From Pseudodesulfovibrio mercurii (GTDB lineage: Bacteria > Desulfobacterota > Desulfovibrionia > Desulfovibrionales > Desulfovibrionaceae), in NCBI RefSeq assembly GCF_000189295.2, contig NC_016803.1, positions 1,530,001 through 1,562,000 of the forward strand: a stretch of DNA of 32,000 nucleotides, written 5' to 3'. Shown here piece after piece: positions 9,888-19,400 of the stretch. Each line of letters opens with the position of its first letter. The first letter of the stretch is position 1. The notes below the pieces were generated by a model. The model did no database searches. It was not told the origin of the DNA and saw only the letters and a program-made list of their open reading frames with translations. Both the position numbers and the translations under genes were made by a program.

Positions 9888-11120
9888 ATGACCCAGGGAA
9901 ACGGCGGCGACACCGGCGGCAATGCCCGGCTCGAAGACATCATCGGCATCGAGTCCATCAAGCTCGGGTTCTTCAAGGAAGTCCAGAAGACCATCAACGA
10001 GCTCAAGGCCTCGAACATCGAACTCGAGCAGAAGCGGCGCGACGTCCAGGACATCCTCAACGGCATCCCGGACGTGGTCGCCGTAGTCTCTCCGGACTAC
10101 CGCGTGCTCTCGGTCAACAGCGCCTTTTCCGAGACCTACGGCAAGCGCGACCCCCTGGGGCTGCCCTGCTACAAGGTCTTCAAGAACTCGAAGCGGCCGT
10201 GCTCGCCCTGCCCCCTGGTCATGGCCAGGGAGGAGGGCCGCAAGGTCTGCCGCCAACTGCAGATCATGAACGTGGACGGCGAGAACCGGCAGATCGAGTG
10301 CTCGGCCGCGCTCATGCCCGGCACCGGGGACTCGCCGGGCAAGGTCCTGCTCCTGCACCGCGACGTGACCGTGGAGAAGCAGTACCAGGCCAAGTATTTC
10401 CAGGCCGAACGCATGGCCACCGTGGGCGTGCTGGCCGAAGGCGTGGCCCACGAGATCAACAACCCCCTGACCTCCATCCGGGGGTTCGCCGAGGCCCTGT
10501 ACGGCCACCTGGACCGGCTGGGCGTCTGCCTCAAGGACGGCGAGCCGTGCACGGACCTGCTCGAAACCTTCGAGGAGTACCTGGACATAGTGCTCAAGGA
10601 GTGCAACCGCTGCTCCGAGATCGTCCACAACCTGCTCAGCTTCGGCCACCGCGACGTGCGCGCCATGTCCATCGTCAACATCAACAACATCATCCTCAAC
10701 TGCCTGAAGCTGCTCCACCCCAGGCTGTCCATCCTGCCGTCCGGGATCATCAAGCTCGCCCTGTCCGAGGAGGAGCCCTGCGTCATGGGCCACCCCGGCG
10801 AACTGATGCAGGTGGCCCTGAACCTGATCCTCAACGCCCTGTACGAGGTGCGCGACATCGGGACCATCGACATCTCCACGCGGGTGAAGGGGAGGATGGT
10901 TCTGCTGCGGGTCTCGGACACGGGCGGCGGCTTCGCGCCCGAAGACGTGGACAAGCTCTTCGAGCCGTTCTTCACCACCAAACCGGCGGGCCAGGGGATC
11001 GGCATCGGCCTGTCCACCTGCTACAACATCATCATGAAGCACGGCGGCGAGATCACCGCCTCGAGCGAACCCGGCGAGGGCGCGGTCTTCGAGGTCATAT
11101 TGCCCCTGCTTGAGGAATGA
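9888..11120 (+). CDS. Cytoplasmic PAS-domain sensor histidine kinase, 410 aa
   Basis: PAS-like ILNGIPDVVAVVSPDYRVLSVNSAF. H-box EGVAHEINNPL. ATPase boxes DTGGGF and GIGIGLS. No TM segment. The ATG lies 1 nt after the ADH stop. Confidence 0.85.
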   Translation: MTQGNGGDTGGNARLEDIIGIESIKLGFFKEVQKTINELKASNIELEQKRRDVQDILNGIPDVVAVVSPDYRVLSVNSAFSETYGKRDPLGLPCYKVFKNSKRPCSPCPLVMAREEGRKVCRQLQIMNVDGENRQIECSAALMPGTGDSPGKVLLLHRDVTVEKQYQAKYFQAERMATVGVLAEGVAHEINNPLTSIRGFAEALYGHLDRLGVCLKDGEPCTDLLETFEEYLDIVLKECNRCSEIVHNLLSFGHRDVRAMSIVNINNIILNCLKLLHPRLSILPSGIIKLALSEEEPCVMGHPGELMQVALNLILNALYEVRDIGTIDISTRVKGRMVLLRVSDTGGGFAPEDVDKLFEPFFTTKPAGQGIGIGLSTCYNIIMKHGGEITASSEPGEGAVFEVILPLLEE

Positions 11121-11124
11121 GCCC

Positions 11125-12471
11125 ATGGCGAACACGGAGATCAACCGCGTCCTGGTGGTGGACGACGAGCCCTTCATCCGCAAGCTGGCCGAACGCGAGC
11201 TGGCCCTGCCCGGCCGGGAGGTGACCACCGCGGCCACGGCGGCCCAGGCCCAGCGCCTGGTCAAGCGGGGCGACTTCGACGTCATCCTGCTGGACGTCCG
11301 GCTGCCCGACGGCAACGGCAACCGGCTGCTGGAGCATTTCCGCGAGACCCTGCCCGACGTGGAGGTCATCATGATCACCGGCTACTCCGAGGTGGACAGC
11401 GCGGTGGAGGCCATGAAGGCCGGGGCCTACGACTACGTGACCAAGCCCTTTTCCCTGGACCGCATGAACCTGCTCATCGACCGGGCCTACCAGCGCCGGG
11501 TCATGCAGCGGGAGCTGCGCACCCTGCGCCGGGACAAGGGGGGCAAGCCTCGGCAGTGGTTCATCGGGACCTCGGCGCCCATGCGCGAGATCGCCTTCCT
11601 GGTGGACAAGGTCGCGCCCACGGACGCGCCCGTGCTCATCACCGGCGAGAGCGGCGTGGGCAAGAACGTCATCGTCAACGTTCTGCACGCCCGCAGCTCG
11701 CGGGCGAGCATGCCACTCATCGTCAAAAACTGCGGCGCCTTCAACAAGGAGCTGCTGCGCAGCGAGCTGTTCGGCTACTGCAAGGGCGCGTTCACCGGGG
11801 CCGAGACCACCCAGGAGGGCGTCCTGGCCCAGGCGGACAAGGGCACCCTGTTCTTCGACGAGGTGGGCGAGCTGCCCCTGGAGGTCCAGGCCATGCTCCT
11901 GCGCGTGTTCGAGTCCCAGCGGTACCGCCGCGTGGGCGACCGCGAGGAGCGCTCGGTGGACGTGCGCTTCCTGTTCGCCACCAACCGCGACCTGGCCGCG
12001 GAGGTGGAGGCTGGCCGCTTCCACGAGGCCCTGTACCACCGCCTCAACGTCTTCCGCATCGACATCCCGCCCCTGCGGGAACGCAAGGAGGACATCCCCA
12101 TGCTCGTGGGGCACTTCCTGGAGAACCTCTACCCGGACCGGCCGCCCTACCGGCTGTCCAAGCGGGCCGGGGAGAGCATGATCGCCTACGACTGGCCGGG
12201 CAACGTCCGCGAACTGCGCAACGTCATCGAGCGGGGCATCATCCTGGCCGAGAACGACCTGATCACCACCAAGTGCCTGCCCTCGGACATAGCCCGCTCC
12301 CTGGACGAGGGCGAGTGCTGCGCCCCGCTGCCCACCCTGGACCAGCAGGAGAAGCGCTACATCCTCCGGGTCATGGAGCACGTGGGCCAGAACCGCACCC
12401 AGGCGGCACGCATCCTGGGCATCGGACGCAAGACCCTGTACCGCAAGCTGCGCGCCTTCGAGGAGAGCTAG
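11125..12471 (+). CDS. sigma54-dependent response regulator (NtrC family), 448 aa
   Basis: ORF 11110..12471. ATG 11125 has GAGGA 8 nt upstream. Acceptor context FDVILLDVRLPDGNG; Walker A GESGVGKN; GAFTGA present; HTH AARILGIGRKTLYRKL. Confidence 0.9.
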   Translation: MANTEINRVLVVDDEPFIRKLAERELALPGREVTTAATAAQAQRLVKRGDFDVILLDVRLPDGNGNRLLEHFRETLPDVEVIMITGYSEVDSAVEAMKAGAYDYVTKPFSLDRMNLLIDRAYQRRVMQRELRTLRRDKGGKPRQWFIGTSAPMREIAFLVDKVAPTDAPVLITGESGVGKNVIVNVLHARSSRASMPLIVKNCGAFNKELLRSELFGYCKGAFTGAETTQEGVLAQADKGTLFFDEVGELPLEVQAMLLRVFESQRYRRVGDREERSVDVRFLFATNRDLAAEVEAGRFHEALYHRLNVFRIDIPPLRERKEDIPMLVGHFLENLYPDRPPYRLSKRAGESMIAYDWPGNVRELRNVIERGIILAENDLITTKCLPSDIARSLDEGECCAPLPTLDQQEKRYILRVMEHVGQNRTQAARILGIGRKTLYRKLRAFEES

Positions 12472-12498
12472 GCCCCGGCGCGCAACCGCGCCCGTCGG

Positions 12499-12529
12499 TT
12501 CTCCGGGAGCGTCATCCGCTCCCGGAGAA
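12499..12529. terminator. 13-bp perfect hairpin between convergent genes (candidate bidirectional terminator)
   Basis: ttctccgggagcg (12499-12511), tcatc loop, cgctcccggagaa (12517-12529). No U-tract. Confidence 0.4.
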
Positions 12530-12555
12530 GGGTTCCCTGCGCGCGGGGCGCGGCG

Positions 12556-12576
12556 CCGGGCTCCACGGGAGCCCGG
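12556..12576. terminator. Second 9-bp hairpin in the convergent intergenic region
   Basis: ccgggctcc acg ggagcccgg. Confidence 0.3.
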
Positions 12577-12599
12577 GCCGGACCGCCGCCTCGGGACGG

Positions 12600-13898
12600 T
12601 CACAACCCCACGTTCTTGAGGTCTTCGCCGAGGTATTCCCGCTCGTTTTCCCCCAGGATGCCGAGGGAGAGGCAGATGAGCGTCCACAGGTGGACCACGG
12701 GGAACCCGGCCTCGTAATGTTCGCTCAGATCATGAATCTGAGAATGGCAGTTGTGGCACGGGGCGATGCAGTAGTCGGCCTTGGTCCTGAGGATCTGGTT
12801 CAGCTTGATCCTCCCGTAGGCCCGCCGCTCCTCGGCGAACCCGGATTGCAGGAACCCGCCCCCGCCGCCGCAACAATAGTTGTTCGACTTGTTCGGCCAC
12901 ATGTCGATGAAGTTCTCCTCGCCGACCACGGACCTGACCACGAAGCGCAGGTCCTCGGCCACGGGGTCGTGCAGGGACTTGCGGACCAGCTGGCAGGGGT
13001 CCTGGACCGTGAAGGTCACGCCCAGGTCCTTGTTCCAGTCCGAATTGACCGGCAGTTTCCCCTCGCGAATCCACCTGGCGTACAGGCGGATGATGGACTC
13101 CATCTCGAAGCTGTGTTCGACGTTGAACCGTTGCAGTCCGGCCCGGACCGCGTAGAATTCGTGTCCTCACTCCGTATTGAGCCAGACCTTGCACCCGAGG
13201 TCCTCGACCGCCGCGGCCTTGTTGCGGACCACCTTCTCCCAGGCCTCGTCGTCGGCCAGGAACATGCAGTAGTTTTCGGCGGCCCACCCCTTGGTGGAGT
13301 AGGTCCAGTCCGCGCCCACCAGGTTGAGGATCTTCCACAGCGGGACCATCTCGTCCGGCTCGGTGACCGGCTCGCGCGAGTTCTGGTTCAGGAAGTAGTA
13401 GGCCCCCTTGCGGTCGATGGAGACCTCGAGGTTCTCCATGCCCGGCTGGGTCTCGCGGACCTCTTCGAGCACGTCCTCGACCACGAACTTGAAGTCCTCG
13501 CTGGACGCGCCCATGGCGCTGTTGCCCGGCGTGGACAGGGCCTGCTCGCAGGAGCCGAGGATGCCCTTGGGGCGCTCCTCCCTGGGCCAGGACTGGCGGC
13601 AGTGGTAGACCAGCTGCGGGATGTCCACCTCCATGGGGCAGGCGTGGACGCAGCGCCGGCACATGGTGCACAGCCAGACCCACGGCGTGGACCGGATCTC
13701 CTCCTCCTGGCCGTAGAGGGCCAGGCGCAGGAATTTGCGAGGGTCCATGCCGTGCATGCCCGTGGCCGGGCAGCCCGAGGAACAGGCCCCGCAGGCCAGG
13801 CACATGTTCAGGTTGCCGCCCTCGGGCAGCAGTTCCTTGACCTTGTCCACCAATGCCGAGTGTTTCGGTTCGATCAGCAGTTGTGCCGCTTCGCCCAT
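12600..13898 (-). CDS. HdrD/DsrK-family Fe-S oxidoreductase (2x[4Fe-4S] ferredoxin domain + CCG domain), probable selenoprotein with in-frame UGA at 13167-13169
   Basis: ORFs 13167..13898 and 12600..13103 are in the same frame (offset 567 nt). Read-through gives ...KVWLNTE-[TGA]-GHEFYAVRAGLQRFNVEHSFEMESIIRLY... The N-terminal piece has CLACGACSSGCP and CTMCRRCVHACP. The C-terminal piece has the CCG motif DPC-X39-CCGGG...CHNC. AAAGGAG SD precedes ATG 13898. Confidence 0.75.
13133..13151 (-). promoter_or_regulatory. Candidate bacterial SECIS hairpin downstream of the in-frame UGA
   Basis: The mRNA reads UGA-GGACACGAAUUCUAC-GCGGUCCGGGCCGGACUGC. This forms a 7-8 bp stem (one G-U pair) with a G-rich apical loop. 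The stem starts 15 nt after UGA and the loop about 23 nt after it. Confidence 0.5.
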
Positions 13899-13952
13899 GG
13901 TTCACTCCTTTCGCGCATGGACGCCGCCGGACGTTCCCCGCGGCGCGCGTCG

Positions 13953-13980
13953 TTCCGGGGGCGACCGTCCGCCCCCGGAA
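13953..13980 (-). other. 11-bp GC hairpin between the tandem-USP gene and the HdrD-like gene
   Basis: ttccgggggcg (13953-13963), 6-nt loop, cgcccccggaa (13970-13980). No U-tract, so it may be an intra-operon processing, stability or attenuation element. Confidence 0.35.
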
Positions 13981-14001
13981 CCGGTTTCGTTTCAGCTCGG
14001 A

Positions 14002-14907
14002 TCAGGCCAGGGCCTCGGCCTCGACCACCTGGCCGGTCTGGTCGTACATCAGGCCGCAGCGCAGGTCGAAGTGCCGGTTGACGCTCATGGTCGGACACGG
14101 CGCGTTCAGGGCCACCTGGGTCACGGTGGAGCCCAGGAAGGCCTTTTCGGGATCGCGTTCCTTGGAGTGGTGGGCCATGATCAGCAGGTCCGCGTCGCCC
14201 TGGCGGGCCGTGCGCAGGATCTCCATGGCCGGTTCACCCATCTCCGCCCGGAAGGCGCAGTCGGCGATGCCGTCGAGGCGCTTGCCGTAGGCGTCCTCCA
14301 GCCGGGCCGTGCATTCGCTGCGGCCCGGTCCACCGGGCTCGGCCACGTGCATGACCACCAGGTTGGCCTTGTACTGACGGGCCATCTGCCCGCCGTAGGA
14401 CACGGCGCATTCGGCCTGGTCCGAGAAGTCCGTGGCGACCACGATGTTCGAGAACAGCGGCTCGCGGCAGGATATCTCCTTGTGAACGATCATGACCGGA
14501 CAGCGGGCCCGCTGGCTGACGCGCTCGAGCGTGCTGCCGGCCATGCCCCACATCTTGGCCCGCTTCTCCTCGTATTCCTTGGTGTGCGGCCCCATGACGA
14601 TGAGGTCCGAGTTCTTGGCCCGGGCCAGGCGCAGCAGTTCGTTGTGCGGGATGCCCGGCACGACCACGATCTGCGCGCTGGGGAGTTCCTTCAGGTATTC
14701 GTCGTACATCTCCCGGATCTTGTCCCCGAGCTGCTCGGTCTCGCCCGAGGGCGCGAGGTGTTCTATGGAGCCCCAGCCCTGTTCCATCCCGGCCACGTGG
14801 GTCAGGTAGAGCTTGGACTCGAACTTGACGGCGAACTCCACCGCCGCCTTGACCGCACAGGCATCGATGCCGGTGGGCGTGACGCCCACGATGATGTCCT
14901 TAAACAT
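14002..14907 (-). CDS. Tandem-domain universal stress protein (2x UspA), 301 aa
   Basis: Two USP repeats: MFKDIIVGVTPTG...LIVMGPH...GSTLERVSQRARCPVMIV and NIVVATDFS...LLIMAHHS...LGSTVTQVALNAPCPTMSV. An SD-like AAGGAAAGGGGG precedes the ATG, which lies 24 nt after the hdrB stop. Confidence 0.85.
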   Translation of the reverse strand: MFKDIIVGVTPTGIDACAVKAAVEFAVKFESKLYLTHVAGMEQGWGSIEHLAPSGETEQLGDKIREMYDEYLKELPSAQIVVVPGIPHNELLRLARAKNSDLIVMGPHTKEYEEKRAKMWGMAGSTLERVSQRARCPVMIVHKEISCREPLFSNIVVATDFSDQAECAVSYGGQMARQYKANLVVMHVAEPGGPGRSECTARLEDAYGKRLDGIADCAFRAEMGEPAMEILRTARQGDADLLIMAHHSKERDPEKAFLGSTVTQVALNAPCPTMSVNRHFDLRCGLMYDQTGQVVEAEALA

Positions 14908-14931
14908 GACTAGCCCCCTTTCCTTTCTGGT

Positions 14932-15861
14932 TTATCCGTTCAAACCCGCCGTTTCTTCCTCGTTTTCCTCCGCCATGGGCGCGGGCTCGGCCCACGCCCT
15001 GGTTGCAATGTCCCGTCTGACCTTCGGCGTCATGGTCAGGTTGTCCGCCAGCCGCATGTCCCGCTCGGTCAGCCCCATGGCCAGCCCCATGAGCTGGGTC
15101 AGGTAGAGCACGGGCACGGGCGTGCCGCCCGCCTTGCGCACCCTGGCCTGGTAGGCCTCCAGGTTCATCTGGCAGAGCGGGCAGACCGTGACGATGGCGT
15201 CGGCCCCGGCCGCGTCGTTCAGGATCTCGGCCACGGAGCGGATGGCCACCTCGGGGTGGCCGACCATGAGCGAGGCCCCGCAGCAGCGGTTGGCCATGTC
15301 CCAGTGGTGGACTTCGCCGCCCATGGCCTCGATGAACGGCTCCATGGAGACCGGCCTGCCAGGCTCGTCGAAGACCGGGTAGGGGCGCAGGATCTGGCAG
15401 CCGTAGTAGGGCGCGACCCGCATGCCCTGAAGCCCGTCGGTGATCTTCTGCTCCACGATCTTGGCGCCCACGTCGTTCTTGAGCACGTCGAGCAGGTGGC
15501 GGACCTTCACGTCGCCCCGGTAGTGCAGGCCGGAGGCGGCCAGGACCTCGTTGACCCGGCCGTGCAGATGCCGGTCGCCGACCACCTCGCGGTTGACCTT
15601 GAACAGGTTGAGGTAGCAGGCCGAACACGGGGCGAGGACGTCCAGGCCGCCCAGTTCCTGCTCCGCGATGGCCAGGTTGCGCGCGGGCAGGACGTGGTTC
15701 ATGAGCTTGCTGACCGGTTCGGCCGCGCTGGCCCCGCAGCAGGTCCAGTCCGGAATCTCGACCAGCTCGCAGCCGAGCCGCTCCAGGACCAGCCTCGTCG
15801 AGACGTCGAACTCGCGGGCGCTCTCGGTCAGCGAACATCCGGGATAATAGGCGTACTTCAT
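14932..15861 (-). CDS. hdrB: Heterodisulfide reductase subunit B (two CCG domains), 309 aa
   Basis: Real part of ORF 14932..16488, starting at MKYAYYPGCSL (ATG 15861). Motifs: DWTCCGAS...CSACYLNL and YYGCQIL...NRCCGAS...CPLCQMNL. An ATGA overlap joins it to hdrC. Confidence 0.9.
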   Translation of the reverse strand: MKYAYYPGCSLTESAREFDVSTRLVLERLGCELVEIPDWTCCGASAAEPVSKLMNHVLPARNLAIAEQELGGLDVLAPCSACYLNLFKVNREVVGDRHLHGRVNEVLAASGLHYRGDVKVRHLLDVLKNDVGAKIVEQKITDGLQGMRVAPYYGCQILRPYPVFDEPGRPVSMEPFIEAMGGEVHHWDMANRCCGASLMVGHPEVAIRSVAEILNDAAGADAIVTVCPLCQMNLEAYQARVRKAGGTPVPVLYLTQLMGLAMGLTERDMRLADNLTMTPKVRRDIATRAWAEPAPMAEENEEETAGLNG

Positions 15862-16427
15862 GACAGTCCCTCCATCTCGCGGGCCTTGGCGAACAGGGGC
15901 CGGAGCACGTCGCCCCGCCCCTTGCCCGGCATGTGCACCTTGCCCTTGCCGAGCATGCGCACGCCCAGCGGCAGGTAGGAGAGCGGCAGCATGGGGTCGC
16001 GGGCCTTGAGGAAGTACCGCTGCATCATGCTCGTCTCCTGGACCCGGCCGTGGACCTCCACGTCGTCCATGAAGGCCCGGTAGAAGGCCAGGTTCCTGCG
16101 CGCGTGGGGGCCGTCCGCGATCCCGGCCAGCCGCTTCAGGGCGGCCATGGCCGAGGTCAGCTTGAGCCCGCGCGGGCAGCGCAGCGTGCACATGTAGCAG
16201 GCCGAGCACATCCAGAAGGTCTTGCTTTCCAGTATCTTGTCGAGCATGCCGAACTGGATCATCCGCCACATGGCCCTCGGGGTGATGTCCATGGCGTGCC
16301 AGTTGGGACAGGAGGCCGTGCAGGTGCCGCACTGCATGCACGCCCCCACGGTTTCCCTCAACTCCTTGAGCACCAGTTGGTCGGCCTCCGAGGCCGGGCT
16401 CCACGTTTCCCTGACAGCTCCGTTCAT
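15858..16427 (-). CDS. hdrC: Heterodisulfide reductase subunit C (2x[4Fe-4S]), 189 aa
   Basis: CMQCGTCTASCP and CSACYMCTLRCP motifs. Size and position upstream of hdrB fit HdrC. Confidence 0.85.
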   Translation of the reverse strand: MNGAVRETWSPASEADQLVLKELRETVGACMQCGTCTASCPNWHAMDITPRAMWRMIQFGMLDKILESKTFWMCSACYMCTLRCPRGLKLTSAMAALKRLAGIADGPHARRNLAFYRAFMDDVEVHGRVQETSMMQRYFLKARDPMLPLSYLPLGVRMLGKGKVHMPGKGRGDVLRPLFAKAREMEGLS

Positions 16428-16462
16428 GATCCCTCACTCCTTGGCAATGTTGTTGCCCGGCC

Positions 16463-19400
16463 CTAGGCCGGTTCCTCCAGGGCCGCATCGATGACGGACA
16501 GCATCGGCCCGTCGTGGAACCCCTTGAGCACGGTGGCGCTGTTGGGGCAGACCGCGGCGCAGGCGCCGCACCCCTGGCAGAGAATCTCGTCCACGATGAT
16601 CTTCTCCTCGGTGGTGTCCACGGCCCGGGCCCCGTAGGGACAAGCGCTGACGCAGGCCTGGCACAGGGAGCACAGGGAGTGGCGCACCGTGGCCACCACG
16701 GTCTCGCGGGGGATCTTCTCGGCGTTGAGGATGCGCAGGGCCCGCTGGGCCGCCGCCTTGGCCGTGGCCACGGTCTCGCGCATGCGCCGGGGACCCAGGG
16801 CGATGCCGCACATGTAGATGCCCTGCTTGAGGAAATCCACGGGCCGCCACTTGAAGTCCGCCTCGCGGTAGAAGCCGTGCTCGTCCACCTCCACGTCGAA
16901 GACCTCGAGCAGGTCCTCCACGTCGTTGGGCTCGATGCCGCTGGCCAGGGACAGGATGTCCGGACGCAGCTCCACCTGGCCCCGCAGGATCGGGTCGTAC
17001 CCCCGGACCACGGGCCTGCCCTCCTCGAAGGTCACCTGGGGCACGGTCAGGTGGTCGTAGCGGATGAAGATGGCCCCCGCCTTGCGCGCCCTGGTGTAGT
17101 AGGTCTCCAGGAACCCCTGGGTCATGATGTCGCGGTAGAAGACGTAGATGGGCAGGTCCGGGTTGCGCTCCTTGAGGGCGAGCACGTTCTTGAGCATCTC
17201 CGGGCAGCAGACCTTGCTGCAATAGGTCCGGTCCTCGCCGTCGTTGCGCCAGCACTGGATCATGACCACCGAGGAGAGGGCCTTGGCGTCGAGCCGGCCG
17301 GTGGCCAGCTGCTCCTCCAGGGCCAGGTGGGTCATGACCGACTTGTGCACACACAGGCCGGACTCGTAGACCTTGGCCTCGTGCCCGCCCGTGGCCAGGA
17401 TGGTCACCGCGTGCTCCAGGGGGAAGACCCCCCGCGGGCTGGCGATGGCCGAGCGGAAGTGGCCCGCGCTGCCCCTTGAGAGGACCACGCGCGAATCCTT
17501 GAAGACCTTGATGTTCGGGTGCTTCTCCACCTGGGCGATGAGCTCCTCCATGTAGGCGTGCGGGTCGGTGCCGTCCAGCTGGGTATGCAGCCGCATGGCC
17601 GTGCCGCCGAGCTCCTCCTCGGCCTCCACCAGGCAGACCCCGTAGCCCTGGTCCGCGATGGACATGGCGGCGACCATGCCCGCCAGGCCGCCGCCGACCA
17701 CCAGGGCCGAGCGGACCACGTCCACGGTCACGGCCGGGCCGGACGGGTCCGCGCCCTGCAACCGGGCCACGGCCGTGGCCAGGGAGGCGTATATCTCGCG
17801 CTCCACGCGGCCGTCGCCGTCCCCGCCCACCGTGGCGGTGTAGATGTCCACCACGTCCATGAGCGCGGGGTTCAGGCCGATGGTCCGGCCCAGCTCCTTG
17901 AGCCTGGGGATGTAGGCGTAGGGCATGCACGCCCCGATGAGAATACGGTTGGGCTTGTACTCCAGGGCCGCCGCCTCGATGTCCTTCCAGCCCTGCGGGG
18001 TGCAGGCGCTGCCCACGCGCATGACCTTGCAGACCGAATGGACCCGCTGCATGCGCTCGGCCAGGTCGTCCAGGTCCACGGCCTGCTCCAGGGTCGGGCA
18101 GGAGGTGCAGACCGTGACCAGGGTCCGCGCCGGGTCCCTGGACACGTCCGGGTAGGACGGTTCGGGCTCGCCCTCGATGCCCGCCAGGACGTCGTAGGCC
18201 TTGATGATCCGCGAGGCGGCCTGGGCCGCGGCCCCGGCGTGGATGACCGACTCGGAGATGTCGCGGGGTTCGCCGAAGGCCCCGGCCGCGAACACGCCCA
18301 CGCGACTGGTCCGCTCGGGCCGGTACGGCAGGGTGTCCACGAAGCCCCACTCGTTCAGGTCCACGCCCATGGTCAGGGCGAACTTGTCCGTGCCCCTGGG
18401 CGGCCGCGCCCCGGCGGCCAGGACGACCATGTCGAATTCCTCGGCAATCAGCTCGCCCGCGTCGTTCAGATATTCGAGCTTCAGCCCCTTGCCGTCGTCG
18501 GCGGCCAGGACCGTGTGCGGACGGCTGCGCACGAAGCGCACGCCGTGCTTCTTCTCGGCATCGACCCGGTAGCGCTGGTACTCCTTGCCCGAGGTGCGCA
18601 TGTCCATGTAGAAGATGGTCGCATCCAGGCCCTCGCCCGCGACCTTCTTGGCCAGCAGGGCCTCCTTGATGGAGAACATGCAGCAGATGCCGGAACAGAA
18701 GTCCGCATGCTTGTGCACGTCGCGCGAGCCCACGCATTGCAGCCAGGCGATGCGTCTGACCGGCTCGCCGTCGGATCGTTGCAGCCTGCCGCCCGTGGGC
18801 CCGGTGCCCGAGAGCAGCCGCTCGAACTCCACGGCGGTGAGCACGCCCGGATGGGCGTAGGCCCAGACGTCCGCCCCGCCCTCGGGGTCCATGTCCGGGG
18901 TGTAGCAGTCGAAGCCCCCGGCCAGGACCACGGCCCCGACCTCGAGCTTGACCGTGGAGTCCGAGAGGATGCGCACGTAGAGCTTGTCGAGCCAGGGCAC
19001 GAAGCGCTTCCGCCTCAGCGGCTTGACCAGGTATTCGCGCGCGCCCTGCATGACCAGGTCCGCGGCCGCCTCCTCGCTCCCCGGATCGGCCAGGACGACC
19101 ACGGGCAGGTCGGGCCTGAGCTCCCTGGCGCGGGTCAGGACCCGTTCCGCATCCATGTCGTTCAGCCCCATGCCCAGCAGGAGCAGCCCCACGGGCTCCT
19201 CCGAGGCGAGCCGGTCCACGGCCTCGCGTCCGCTCTGCGCGAAGTGCAGCGGGAAGTTCTGCTCCTTGAGCTCCGCCTCCATCATCGCCTTCACGTCCGG
19301 GTCGCGGTCGGCCACCAGGATGTGGAAGTCCCTGCGATCCTCGAACTTGAAGTCGATGGCCCCGGTGGGGCAGGCCTCGTGGCACTTCCAGCAGCGGATG

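Noticed and set aside
11095-14081. ORFs 11095..12687 (-) and 11556..14081 (+)
   Set aside because: They are antisense or alternate-frame to the second regulator and to the HdrD-like gene, and their products have a GC-artefact composition.
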